Part shown: piece by piece, positions 25,101 to 36,990 of the stretch
Layout: each line of letters starts with the position of its first letter
Numbering within the stretch: position 1 is the stretch's first letter
NCBI GenBank assembly: GCA_976226885.1
Contig: OZ320315.1
Coordinates: 18,662,001-18,726,000 of the forward strand
Length of the DNA: 64,000 nucleotides
Direction of reading: 5' to 3'
From: Iphione sp. A-MEVVRFRX5
Taxonomy: Eukaryota
The notes under the pieces: model-generated
Seen by the model: only the letters and a program-made list of their open reading frames with translations
Told to the model about the DNA's origin: nothing
The model's database searches: none
Position numbers and translations under genes: made by a program

Positions 25101-25930
25101 AAGGTTTTAACTGCATACAGTAATTTTCATCCTCAAGTAAAGACAGTTTGAGCTTCCATAGCCCCTTACCTTTAGGGGGAATGGACAAATCTAACCGACA
25201 CAGGAGACCATCATGGTCAGATAAATGACACCTTATTAACTCGACCTTCATTATACATAGTTGGATTTCAGCGGAGAGAAGAACATAATCAATTCTCGAG
25301 GCACAGGTAAATAATCTGTTATACCAAGTGTAACCAGGTTTGTTGGGATGGAGGTGTCTCCATGAGTCCAAGAGGTCAAGGCTACTTGTGAAGTTAAAAA
25401 GTCTTTTATCAAGCCTATACCTTGACTGGGGGTCAGAGCCTGAGCCAGACTGTGTGCTACGAAGATGATCAGTTTTGTCATTTATTGTCATGTTAAGGTC
25501 CCCTAGCAGGATCCAGGGGGCTGGAGTCTGTTGAATAATATACCTCTGCACATCTCTCAGTATATCAGTCTGATTCACGATTGATGACTGGGGGGGGGAT
25601 GTACAAAGACATAACATGATAGGTTGTGTCGTTGATGGCTAGTTCAGCATGTACAAAAAGTCCCTGTGGGTCTGCAAAAGAGGAAAGTACCTTAATGTTG
25701 TTATTAATTTTTAGAAGAAGAGATGTGCCCGCTTGGCGGGGAGTTCCATGAGAGAAGAGCCATTGGCCTCTCCACTGACTAGTCCAGATGACTTCATCAG
25801 ATGGGGTGCTGTGCGTCTCTTGGAGACCAATAATGTCAAAGTCTGTAATAGAGGACAGTATCGCTTTGCGTTTACCACTTTCACGAAGTCCTCTTACGTT
25901 CAGGGTATAGAAAGAAACGTTAGGTGACAT
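22135..25930 (-). pseudogene. L1/Tx1 ORF2 (APE-RT-zf-RVT), several frameshifts and stops
   Basis: TLNVRGL, LQETHS, LGDLN, RIDY, LSDHD, LDFAQAFD, GCPVSPLLF, YADDL, CSFC..HYLLECP. Confidence 0.95.
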
Positions 25931-26116
25931 TTGAGGAATGTAAAATACAAGGACGGAACAGGAGTCTGAAAGAAAAGTAAATATATTAAGGAAAAAACAA
26001 TAAACCACCCTTGAGTGGGGAGAGGGGGATTAGGATCCCCTCCAATGCGAGGTGATTGAGGGGGGTCGGGCTCCCTCTGGCGTCGGGGTCTGTGTGAGTA
26101 GATTCAGGCATCTTGT

Positions 26117-27871
26117 CTACCCCTGTTGTTGTGGTGATTGTGGAGCTGTCGTCTGCTGGACGGCAGGCTGTGTTTGCTGCGGTGGAGGTTGAGCGTTGGG
26201 TTGGTTCTCCTCAGCGGCAGGGTCGTTGAGTGGGAGATTCTCGCGAAGATCCATGAGGACTCGTCCATACCAGTTGTCCCCGGTCCAGGTCGTCGGGGAC
26301 GCTGTGTCCTGATGAGAGAATGGGAGTCCAGTCCCCCATTTTCTGTTGGTTGTAGCCCAGCCGATCCTTCTTCTGCCGGTCTGTCGAAGGCGTCGATGTG
26401 TGTTGATGTCGGATTGGAATCTGTGTTTGATGGCTGGTAGGAGAATTTTCTTTTCGAGGTTGTCATCGGGAACTGTCGTTCTCAGGATGTGGAGTTGTTG
26501 GAAGAGCTGCCTGTGGCTTTCGGGTCGGACAGCTTTGTTGACTACACCGTGCTGCTTTTTCTCAAGGGCGTAAGTGATCACCAAGTTTTGGAGCAGTGAC
26601 TGGAAATTGCCATGCATCATCATCAAATTATATGAGTGTTCAAGGGCAAAAGGGTGTTCAGGCCCTGCAAAGACGTATGTGTTCCTCGTCTCTATGGTTG
26701 CAAGAGTGGCTGGTCTGAGGAAGCGTGGCAACTCATTCCAATTTTGGTGATCATATTGAACATTGCCTAAATACAACGTGCAGTCCTTAATGTGTACACT
26801 GGAGAACTGGTCTGATTTACGTGCTATACGTGCTATGCGTTTAAGAATTTCGAGTCGGTCTTGATGCTCAGTGGGGAGGTCCTCTCTTATCCAGACCGTC
26901 TCCCTTCTATAGTCTTTTAACATAGAACGTCTGAACCAGACTTCATTTCTCTCTCTCAGGGAGCGAAATCGACCTATAGCCGCCCTATTTTTACCCCTAG
27001 GTGAACCAAGCCTGTGTGCTACATCTAGTTGCACGTGGGATAGGTTGAGGGCTTCCCCAAATAGACGTTCGAGCCGTTTTCTGGGAGCATCTGCTGTTTC
27101 CTCTCTATCCTCAGCTAAACCATCAAAGATAAGGTTTAAGCGCCTGTCATATTTCTCTTGTACCAGCACCAATTCTCTATGGACATCGACTCTTCTATTT
27201 AGGGTCTGAATTTCGCAGTTAGTACTGAAGATCTGACGGTCATGTTCATCTATGAACTCTTCACAAATTTCAATCTTGGCTTCACATTGAGCTAATGATG
27301 AGGAAACTTTATTAATACTTGCCGAGTGTTCAGTGGATTGCTGCCACAGTGCAGAAATCTTGGAGGTAATGGCCGCCATGTCGACGTCCATATCCTCGTA
27401 GTCCTGCTGGTTGTCTGTTTCGGTGTCCTGTTCATTCGTAGGTTGGGTCGGTATTTCCTCCACATCTTGATTCTGTTTGTTTTTTTTGGGCTTGACTGGA
27501 GTTTTGTCCTCGTTGTGGAAGTTGAGTGCCTTCTTGGCGTGTTGGTTGGTAGGCGTGTTGGGTGAGCTGGCTTGGTCACGGGTCCTTTTGAGCGTTTGGG
27601 ACTGGTGATCCATCGGTTCCTCAAATTCGTCTTCTTCTTCAATGTCATTGTAATGTCTTTCCTTCAACATCGAGTAGGCATGATCAGAAGGGTATTGTCT
27701 TCTGGAAACACTATGTCTTGGGGCAGGATCCCCTCTCGTTTGGCATGGAGAACGTAAGTTTCCAAGCATCTTGTCAGCACGTGTAGTCTCCTCTTGATGT
27801 ACGATCGAGCAGGGCAGAAGTGATGCAATATATCTCAATGCGCAGGCGTCGCCTGAAACCGGAAACGGCAC
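26117..27871 (-). CDS. LINE ORF1p (coiled coil, L1-type RRM/CTD) with C-terminal NADAR-like domain at about 26232-26680; likely ATG at 27769
   Basis: RLNLIFDGLAE, AHRLG, VWIREDLP, then FAGPEHPF...AIKHRFQSD...LRQTGRRRIGWATTNRKWGTG...WTGDNWYGRVLMDLRENL, matching the NADAR C-terminal consensus (AKF-QN, LL-TG, D-xWG-G, G-N-LG-xLM-xR). Confidence 0.85.
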   Translation of the reverse strand: MPFPVSGDACALRYIASLLPCSIVHQEETTRADKMLGNLRSPCQTRGDPAPRHSVSRRQYPSDHAYSMLKERHYNDIEEEDEFEEPMDHQSQTLKRTRDQASSPNTPTNQHAKKALNFHNEDKTPVKPKKNKQNQDVEEIPTQPTNEQDTETDNQQDYEDMDVDMAAITSKISALWQQSTEHSASINKVSSSLAQCEAKIEICEEFIDEHDRQIFSTNCEIQTLNRRVDVHRELVLVQEKYDRRLNLIFDGLAEDREETADAPRKRLERLFGEALNLSHVQLDVAHRLGSPRGKNRAAIGRFRSLRERNEVWFRRSMLKDYRRETVWIREDLPTEHQDRLEILKRIARIARKSDQFSSVHIKDCTLYLGNVQYDHQNWNELPRFLRPATLATIETRNTYVFAGPEHPFALEHSYNLMMMHGNFQSLLQNLVITYALEKKQHGVVNKAVRPESHRQLFQQLHILRTTVPDDNLEKKILLPAIKHRFQSDINTHRRLRQTGRRRIGWATTNRKWGTGLPFSHQDTASPTTWTGDNWYGRVLMDLRENLPLNDPAAEENQPNAQPPPQQTQPAVQQTTAPQSPQQQG

Positions 27872-30752
27872 CCCAGGTGCGAAGAAAGTCGACTGTAAAG
27901 TAGTGATTTTGCATCTTAAATTCTTGGTTCTCTGGCATAATTATGTTGGTTTCTAGTTCTTGAGCCTTTCTTGTTGAATCTCCCCATTTTGTATCGTCTT
28001 ACGTGTTGTGATGCCCGCTGAGGAGGTCCTTTTAATCAGCCAAGTTTTCGGGCTGCCATGGCAGTAGGAGGCCGGAACCGTAACCCCTAGTTCCCAAGAC
28101 TGCCACTGGGGCAGCACCCATACAAGGTCCTTTGGCACTGTGTGCATGAATGTGAGTAGGTGTGTATTCCCGGTCCCTGCACTACTCTGTGACAGGGAGG
28201 ACAAACGCTTGTTCTTCAGTATCCAAACTAACCCCCTTTCACTGATATTTAGCTGTAAAAAACAACCCCTTTCTCCATGAAAAATAGCAAGGGCTAATGG
28301 AAAAACACCACTTTCTCTGTGACGAGTCTAAGAACTGAGAAAACTAACCCTTTTTTATCAAGGATCAAGGACATACAAAGTTTATACCTGAATATGACCC
28401 CCTATTTTGGTGAAAAATGGAACTATCATGCGGTCCCTCTTCACCTTAAGTGCGGGGACCGGGTGGTTGTCTGAAGGATTATCGCCCAATGACAGTTATA
28501 ACAATCGAGGGCCGATAGGCCCCAGGCAGAGGGGCTTAGTCCTGCTTACATTCATCAGAAAATACACGTAACCTTCGTTCTAACAACGAAATTTTTATTT
28601 TTTTTTTTACCAATTTTAGCATGTAATGGAACTAAAATACTAAACTGCCGCCGGTCATTAGTCCCGAGACTAACGCCATCCTTTGGTACACGGTGCTCTA
28701 TCGGCGACGTCTGTCCCCAGAAGACGTCACGCCCAAATGTTAGAACAGAATGTTTTTTGATCCCAGAGACAGAGTAATCTCCCTTGCCATGTATTGTCAT
28801 CGAGCGTCAGAACAGTGGGCTCAAGGAAATATGTAATTTGATTGGTTAATAGGAAGGTCTCCAGGATAGAGCCATAAATTCCATTCTCTCTTCATGTGGA
28901 TTTGGGTCTCGAGACGCACGCCTGCAACATTCTGGGCGTGAAACCGGGGGCGTGAAACTTTACCAGAGCCAATGAAATCCATTCTCTCGTGGATACCTAT
29001 GTCACAGTATGTGCTGCTTGAGTCCACTGTCTATATAAAAGAGTATCACGGCTAGAGTGGTGGAACCTGTCGCCAGAGTCTACAGGGAGATCCACTGAAT
29101 CTTGTACCCAAACCAATATCTTCAAGAATTCGAGAACACCATATCCATAATGCTTGTAGAGGTAAGTTGACTTACTGTCCATTGAAACCGGCGAAGGATT
29201 ATCGACAGAAACAAGTTATATCATCTTTCCTCAGACAAGTTGTTTCTAGGTTTGACAGCCTCTTCTCTCTCAGTCTCTGCTGCATCTTAGGTAAGTTATC
29301 TGAACCTGAGGATATACTGTCATCGCCGTCAACATGAATGACTAGAATGTAAGCATTTTGAGAGTATGAGTGTGAGTAAGAATATAACTAAGAATAAGAG
29401 TGAGAACATGAGTGTCAGTAAGAACATGAAAAGAGCATAAATATGACTGAGAACATGAGTGTGAGTGAGAATATATTGGAGAGTATGAAGCTAGAGTGAG
29501 CCAGTGCAAAGGTGGGTAAAGAGAAAAACTGTCATAACTTGTCAACTATTGCACTTAGAAGGACATGACTTGAACCAAAATGCTACCAACCAAATGATAC
29601 AGGTGATAGAGGCAGCATCAGGTGACCTAGTCAAGAGGTGGGTAAAGAAATAAAACTGTGATAACTTAGAAACTATTGTACATAGAAGGATGGGACTTCA
29701 ACCAAAATGCTCCAGAGCAATGGACGCAGGTGATAGGGGATTGTCAGGATGACCCGGTGTATGCGCGTGGAAAGAGAAAAGCTACGATATCTTGGCAACT
29801 TTTAACTCACATGTACTATTTCAACATTATAGAGGAAGAATATGACCTCCATTTGCAGCCCTGGCTGCACCTGTACCTTGTTGATTGAAACTGCTGACAA
29901 ACTGGTTGAACTGCTATTACCACTACTATTGCAATATTGGTTGAAACTGCTGGACATTTTGGTGAAGTGCTTGTTTATGACTGACTATATTTCTCCTGCC
30001 AGGCTACATATTTGCTAAACTACTGGTGTATCACATTGACTTTGGTGACTCTGCCACACTGTATATACTACTGCTGTCAGAAGGGAGGTAGTCACCCCTT
30101 GTGTGCTGTTCTCCAATAAATATATTACAGTTTAAATGCACCAATCTACTGGCCTTTATATACACCTCCAAGAACTGAACATTTTGATATTCTATGAGAT
30201 ATAAGCTTATTCAGTTAAAAGAAGAAGGACTCAACACTGATAAGAGTATATTTATCCCTCACCTAGCCAATGCAAAATATCTCTGAAATACCGAATGTCA
30301 AGACTCAGTTCTTAATACATCAAGAAAGACTTCATTAGATGAGCCAGAAAGAAGACAACATCATTTTGACACCTGAAACAGGTAGATCTCATGAGATCAT
30401 TGGACAGGTAAAAGCCCAGCAAACACAAAACGTTTTCGCAACGTTGCCAGAATGTTGTGGTTTGGTTTGGTCTAGACATGACGTTTTCACGTTTCAGCAA
30501 CATTGAAAGAGTTAATTTTCCCCATGGATTGTTATAGCCCCCCCCTCCTGCATTATACTGGTGTTGAACATTTTTTTCATGCAGTCAATATTGATAAAAA
30601 ATAATTTCCTCAGATCGACTATACTTTTGGCCCTTTTCTGATGCTCTAATTGTGTTGGATAAACTGGAAAAACAATATGTGTCCTTCACTAAAATACACT
30701 GTGATTACTGACCATTTGACTGTACGGACATGCCTCTGGTTAGCTCCTGCAA

Positions 30753-32086
30753 TTGTTGGTTAACATGACACGATCAAAATCAAGAAAACGCAAAAACAGT
30801 GTGAATAATACACAAGGAGTATACATTAACCTGCGGAGTACCACGGGAAGTCGGAATTTCAGTATCTTAAGCAGCTCTGCATCGGAAAGCGAGGACATAT
30901 GTGAACTAGCGAGCGACGGTACAGGTGAGTCCGGGCAGGTCACTCAAACATCGCCACTAGCCAGCAGTGGTCAGGTAGTGACGCCCGGCAAGTCGGGAGA
31001 TTCTACTGGCATACCCGATACCCCACAGGGGCAAGACAAAAATGACTGTTCCTCAACACTAGTTCCCACTATGGATAATAAGGCACAAATTCTACAAGAG
31101 CTGAGAGAACTATGGAAAAAGTCCGATGATCAGTCCGCTAATCATGAGTCAATTATTGAACGGTTGGTCAATGACAATTTAAACTTAACGAATCTGCTCA
31201 GGGACATGATGGCAAGAGTAGCGAGTCTCGAAGATAGGGTTAAGGCACTAGAAGGTGGAGAGAAGGAAACAGAGAAGGGCCAGGAGGATGATACACAGAG
31301 GCAGTTGAGGGAGGAAGTATATGAAAGGAGGTGGAATCTGTTGTTTCGAGGGTCCCTGACCATGAAGAGGTGAACCTGAATGAGCTGATTACTGACATTA
31401 TTCTCATATTAGACCAGGAAATGTCTGAAGTTAATATCAACAATATCGAGAGACTGGGTCAATACAGGGAGGCCTACGAGCGTGCGGTGCTTGTTAGTTT
31501 CAATTCTGTTAAGGCAAGAAATCGTGTGTACAGTAAAAGATCCATGTTAAAAAACATTGATGAATATAATTACATATTTGTGCATGAGGATATCCCTAAG
31601 GCAGCCAAAGGGATATACCAAGACCTACAAGCTATCGCTGGTGAGGCGAGGAGAAGGGGATAACATGCAGGAGTGAGGGGACTGTCCCTCATTCTTGATG
31701 GTATCGCCTATGGCCATGAGAGCCTGGGTGATTTGCCGAATGGCCTATCGCTTGAGGAGGCAAACAAGCATGAAACAAATGAAGTGTATGCATTCAAGGG
31801 TGCACATTGCCCGCTATCAGGTGGTTACCATTGTAATCTGCTGCATGGTGGAAATAACTTCGCTTCGGTTGAACAAGCATTTCAATATACAAAGGCCATT
31901 GAGTGTAACGAACCAGAACTAACTGGGCAAATTCTGGAAGAGAGTTGTCCCTTTAGATTGAGACAATTAGGCAGCCGCGTGAATGTAACCAATGTTTTTT
32001 TGAGATGGAAAACTAGTGTACTGTTGATGCAGTGTGGTTGTATAGTCCTGAAGCTAACAAAAATGAATGATATGTTATGTAGGTAA
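30753..32086 (+). pseudogene. LINE ORF1p with NADAR-like domain (frameshift near 31350, stop at 31661-31663)
   Basis: RWNLLFRG, IERLG, VLVSF, FVHEDIP, then YAFKGAHCPLSGGY..FASVEQAFQYTKA..ILEESCPFRLRQLG (NADAR N-terminal SxEHxxQxxKA motif). Confidence 0.85.
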
Positions 32087-32088
32087 GA

Positions 32089-32709
32089 ATGCGGTTGAGT
32101 CTACGTTACATCTCAGACGAGAGGGGCTTCCAACCAGGACATAGCCTATATGCAAGACTAAACAATCTGCTGGACTGGGAGTCAATTCTGACAGTTGGTA
32201 CATCACTCCAAACAATCGTGGATCTCCTGGATGATATGGAAAATCAGGACTATCATGTGTCAATAGTGCATCTTGGTCTTCACTCACTAGTACGCTGTGA
32301 GGGTGGTATTGATCGTCTGCTGTACAATTCACGCTATGAACTGATACATGCGGTCTGGGGGCAACTGTCAACTCTATCAAATGTATTACATGTTCAGGGA
32401 CGCTCTGCACTACTGCTTGTACCAATATATGGGAAACTGTTGTTCCCTCTCTGTGCGTTTTGTCAATCTGAATTAAATTCTCAGGTGGAAATCATAAATG
32501 GGATGTATACTGAAATGAATAAACGGAATGGATTCTACACACCTGAGACAGCCTGGCCTATACATGAGAATCAAGGTGGCAGGTACATATTTCAATCAGA
32601 ACTGCTTGTTGACAATGTGTCATTCCTCATGTTCTGCAGAACTGGGAGGGTGAATTATCGGAGTTCATTGTACTACTTTCCTCTACTGAGGGTGTGTCTG
32701 GTTAACTAG
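32089..32709 (+). CDS. SGNH/GDSL esterase-like ORF between ORF1 and ORF2, 206 aa
   Basis: Block-like motifs YISDERG, VGTSLQ, IVHLGLHSL, INGMYTEMNKRNGFYTP, LLVDNVS; the catalytic Ser and His are not clearly retained. Confidence 0.6.
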   Translation: MRLSLRYISDERGFQPGHSLYARLNNLLDWESILTVGTSLQTIVDLLDDMENQDYHVSIVHLGLHSLVRCEGGIDRLLYNSRYELIHAVWGQLSTLSNVLHVQGRSALLLVPIYGKLLFPLCAFCQSELNSQVEIINGMYTEMNKRNGFYTPETAWPIHENQGGRYIFQSELLVDNVSFLMFCRTGRVNYRSSLYYFPLLRVCLVN

Positions 32710-33145
32710 ACTGACGTTCTATCATATATGCACGGGGAAGTGTTAGCACTTAATAATCATGATGAGATTGCTAAACGCTATGTGTATCTGTTGAATGTAC
32801 ATCGATGTGTCAGATGGTGTTGGTGTTGGTATTTGAACATTCCTGAACTCAAAGGCAATAAAATTGCTGGAACCGTTTTTTGGTATTTACTTGGTCCAGT
32901 TGCTATGTTGCATGATGTGATTGAAGTAAATGGTACTTAAGGCGATATTAGCCACATATAGTTAATATACGGTTGTTCTTAACCTGGACTTGAGAATCCA
33001 CTGCGTTCGTGTATCAATTAACTTAGCTTTGAGATTTTTTTTTTTATGAAGGTCTTTATCAGCACAGACCATTAAATTCTTTGTTACATATAGCTGTACG
33101 CATTAACTCTGTATACGATTAATTGGGAACAAATAGAGGTCCAAC

Positions 33146-35727
33146 ATGAAAGGTAGACAAATAATATTTTGGAATGCACGCTGTATTTTGTCGAAAATGG
33201 ATGAAATTAAGAATATTCTTAGAACCCGTAGGCCACTGGTATTAAGTATTAGCGAGACCTGGCTAACTGGTAATGTAGAGAACAACATACTTGAAATTAA
33301 GGGTTATCAAATCTTCAGACAGGACAGAGAGGGGCTTCTGAATAAGAACAGAGGAGGGGGGCTATTGGTATATGTGGACAACTCTGTGATGGTTGAAGAA
33401 CAAAAAGACATGAACATAGTACATGAAAGTGTAGATGGGATGTGGGTAAAAATACTGTGTAAGAATAGGAAACCAATGTATGTTGGATCGATTTATGCCC
33501 CTCCGAACGGAGATATTAATGTACTATCGACTCATCTGTCAAATAATGTATGCTTAGCTATGTGTAAAGGCCATCCTGACATTGTTGTGGGAGGAGACTT
33601 AAACACAAACTGGTCAAGCTCGGGCAAAAATAGGAAAATTCTACAATCGGTATTAGACAGATTCAAGCTTAGACAACTAATTAGTGAGCCCACCTTGATA
33701 CATAAAAGAAGCAAGTCTATCCTAGACCTAATCTGCACGAACATGAAGTATGTAAGTGAGTGTGGAACAATAGATATGCATGTAAGTGATCACTTGCTGG
33801 TCTACTTGGTGAATAAGAAGGAGAGGGAGAGAAACTTAGTAAGGGGATATCAAGGTAGATCGTGGAAGAACTATGACCACTGGGCCCTGAAGGATCGCCT
33901 GGAGGCAACAATCGATGCCTTAAAAGGGAACAAGGGTGTTGAGCCAGGGTCCAGATGGACTGAACTAGAGGATAACATTAGGGAAGCAGGTACGATCTTA
34001 TATCCTGAGGTTAAAAAAAGGAGAAAAGAAGATACAGACTTCAATAACCAATTGTATTGGTGCAACCTAAACAGACTTATCCATCGTGAACGTACCAGGT
34101 GTAGTGACATATGGCTAAGAGAGGGTGATGTTGTAGTGGAACAGAAGGAGTCCGCGACCTTGCTAAATGAATTTTTCGTGAAGCAAGCAGAAAGCCTGGC
34201 CAGGATGCTTGACCTTGACATGCCTAAGAGTGCTGCCACCTGGGATTTGGTAACAGTATCACAATCTGAAATGCTAGACATAGTCAGGAAAATAGATACA
34301 AGGAAACCGAGTGGTGTTGAGCGGATCCCTACCAGGCTGATGAAAGACTCACTAATATTGGCCATAGAGCCGCTGACTGAAATTATGAATGACATGATTG
34401 AGCAAGGTATAGTTCTGAATGACTGGAAAGTGGCGTGAATTGCACCAATCCATAAGAAAGGATCAAAACTGGAGAAGGGGAACTACCGTCCAGTGGCGAT
34501 ACTCCCTATAGTTGGGAAGTTAATGTAACGAGTTGTCCATAAGCAAGTATCAGAAGCTCTGGAATGGAGGGACTACTTTGCCAATGAGCAGCATGGCTTT
34601 CGTGCAGAACGGAGTACGCAGACAGCTGTGGCAAGTATGCTTAGGGACCTCTACACTGCAGAGGATGATGGTAAATATACTGCATGCATTTATTTTGATA
34701 TGTCAAAGGTGTTTGACGTCATGAACCACAAGTTGGTGCAAAAATGTCTGGTTGAGGCAGGAGCAGGTGAAATGTGTCTCCGATGCGTATAAAACTATCT
34801 GGATGGTAGGTGTCAATATGTCAGGTGCAATGGTCAAAAGTCAAAATGTCTCATGGTGCGACAGGGAGTACCGCAAGGGAGCCTAATGGGTCCCTTGATG
34901 TTCTCAATGGTGATCAACTCCCTCCCCAAATCACTGGCAATAACAAAAAGTATACTATATGCTGACTGTATACTGTGATGCCACAAGTGCTATGACCCTA
35001 CGACTTATGTTGCAGCGGTATTAGGGATGTTGAGAGTTGGGCTAATAGGCATGGCCTATGTTTAAATAAGGCAAAAACCCAGTACATGACCTTTGGGCAT
35101 GCAAGAGACTATGATCTGGATCTGAAACTAGATGGTGCAGGAATAACCAAGGTAGACAATTGTAATTTCTTGGTCTACAAGCTGGACAGTGCGCTAACCT
35201 GGAGACTGCTGATAGCAGAGGTAACCAAGAAAATCAGGCAACGAGCATTCAGTTTATCAAGGGTTAGTAGATCACTACCGTTTGATGCATGTGTAGAAGT
35301 ATTCAATGCTTTTGTAATGCCAGTTCTTGACTATGGTCTTTCATTGGTGATCAGTTCCAGTAAGATGCTACGGAACCAATTGCAGATAGCAGTCAACAGG
35401 GCCTTAAAGATGGTACTGGATGGTACAACCAGGTGTGAACAGTCTGCGCTGAAATTACGAAAATTAGCCAAAATGCAAATGGTGGAAGAGAGGGGTGAGC
35501 AACTTCTTGTCCTCCTAATTCATAAGCTACTTAGTCTTTCGAAGAAATCAGTAGTGCCTAACAGGACAAGAATGAGATGTAGCTCTCTGGGTGTAATGAA
35601 CAAGAAGAAACCAAACAAATCACTGTATTGTAAGTCATTCTGGCATAATGGCCAGATACTGTGGGACAAGCTGGAAATTCCCTGCAAGGTAAACCTAAGT
35701 GTGAAGGAATTGAGGAGATACCTCTAA
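33146..35727 (+). pseudogene. CR1-group LINE ORF2 (APE + RT), with stops
   Basis: WNARC, SISETWL, GDLN, ILDL, SDH, APIHKKG..NYRPVAILP, QHGFR, DMSKVFD, GVPQGSLMGPLMF, LYAD. Confidence 0.93.
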
Positions 35728-36490
35728 AGTGGAAGGTAGTTATGATGATGGGAAGAAATCACCGAGGTAATGTGAACCATCAGTGACAGATGCACTAGGC
35801 TATAATATATGGCTATGTGCTGCCTAGAGAGGTATTCGCTAAGATATTGGCAAATGTTGTTGTGGTGGGCCAATGTATGAAAGACAATCGCTAATTGGAA
35901 TGCTGGAAGTCACAATCAGCAATGTAGGCGTGCAGAATAGTTTGTACAGGACACTCTGCAACATCTTTTGTGCTGGTAAAAGTGAGTCCGGTAATAATCG
36001 CCTGACAGCGTGTTTGAACTGTACATAGGAGTAGTATATACGTTGATTCTACACCGCTCCGAATTACTATGAAATAAAGAGGGATTTCGAAATTTAGTGC
36101 TTGACTTCCGGTACAAACCGGAAGTTGTGGTGTCAAATTACTTAATGCTGATTGGTTGAGAAATTTAGGCCAAGGTCAAGGTCGTTATGTATGATCATGT
36201 GATCACAGACTTAATTTATCGTGATGATGTCATTTTTTCAAACGATACTCTGCACTAGTTTTATTTGGCGGAGGGATATAACTTTTTGTTATGTTGTTAG
36301 GTAATAGGTGTAATGATACATAATCGATGGACGGACTACTTTCAGGCGACATGTTGAAAAATTAATTAACCTAACTAAGCTAGCTATGAGGCCTCGATTT
36401 ATTTTATTATATTTAGAATGACAGGTTTATTTGTGGAACGATTGGGAATCGAACCCGTCATCTATAAGACCAGAATGAAGTGTTTATTTG

Positions 36491-36565
36491 TGGAACGATC
36501 CGGAATCGAACCTGCCATCTATAAGGCCAGATGCAAGTATCTTGCCAAGTGAGCTATCGAGGCCT
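36491..36565 (-). pseudogene. tRNA-like relic or SINE head, with a partial duplication at about 36425-36480
   Basis: ggcctcgatagctcacttggcaag...ggttcgattccggatcgttcca has A and B boxes, but the anticodon arm does not fold. Confidence 0.55.
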
Positions 36566-36786
36566 CAGTTAATTATAGTAAAAATAGGTATAGTGATTCT
36601 TTTGGTTCATTATTGCACCATTATAAAATGAAAAGCCAGACATGAATTTTATGATATGTAATTTTATTGAACAACAGCGGAATATGTTTGATGAACTCCT
36701 TGTCCTCTTACATCGATGTAATTTTATTGAACATATCGATAATTGTTTATGTACAGCAGCAGCAGAATATGTTTGATGAACTCCTC

Positions 36787-36975
36787 TTATATTGGAATTG
36801 TTTGACAGTCAGAACATATGAACATGTTGAAAGAATTGCCTGGGTGTTTACAGATATAGCATGTGTTGTGTGGATGATTTTGATTGTGTTGTTGCAGTTT
36901 TTGTATGCTCCATGTGTATAGATGACATGTGTTGTCATCACCATGTAATTTCTTTTTGTTGAAGAGTGGTGCCAT
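36787..36975 (-). CDS. Small CxxC-CxxC zinc-ribbon-like ORF (62 aa), probable Polinton accessory gene
   Basis: CYICKH...ICSDCQ; it starts 15 bp after the stop of the Pro-rich ORF. Confidence 0.4.
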   Translation of the reverse strand: MAPLFNKKKLHGDDNTCHLYTWSIQKLQQHNQNHPHNTCYICKHPGNSFNMFICSDCQTIPI

Positions 36976-36990
36976 GAATAGTGAGCTTCC

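Larger units (their letters stand above)
21802..28200 (-). mobile_element. L1/Tx1-clade LINE, near full length (5' boundary approximate), adjoining the truncated Penelope N-terminus
   Basis: ORF1, ORF2, a 3' UTR and an A-rich tail (aaccaaaaacaaaaaa) that abuts Penelope coding sequence. Confidence 0.85.

Noticed and set aside
36491-36565. Functional tRNA gene
   Set aside because: The anticodon and acceptor stems do not pair properly and there is an adjacent partial duplicate, so it is better read as a relic or SINE head.
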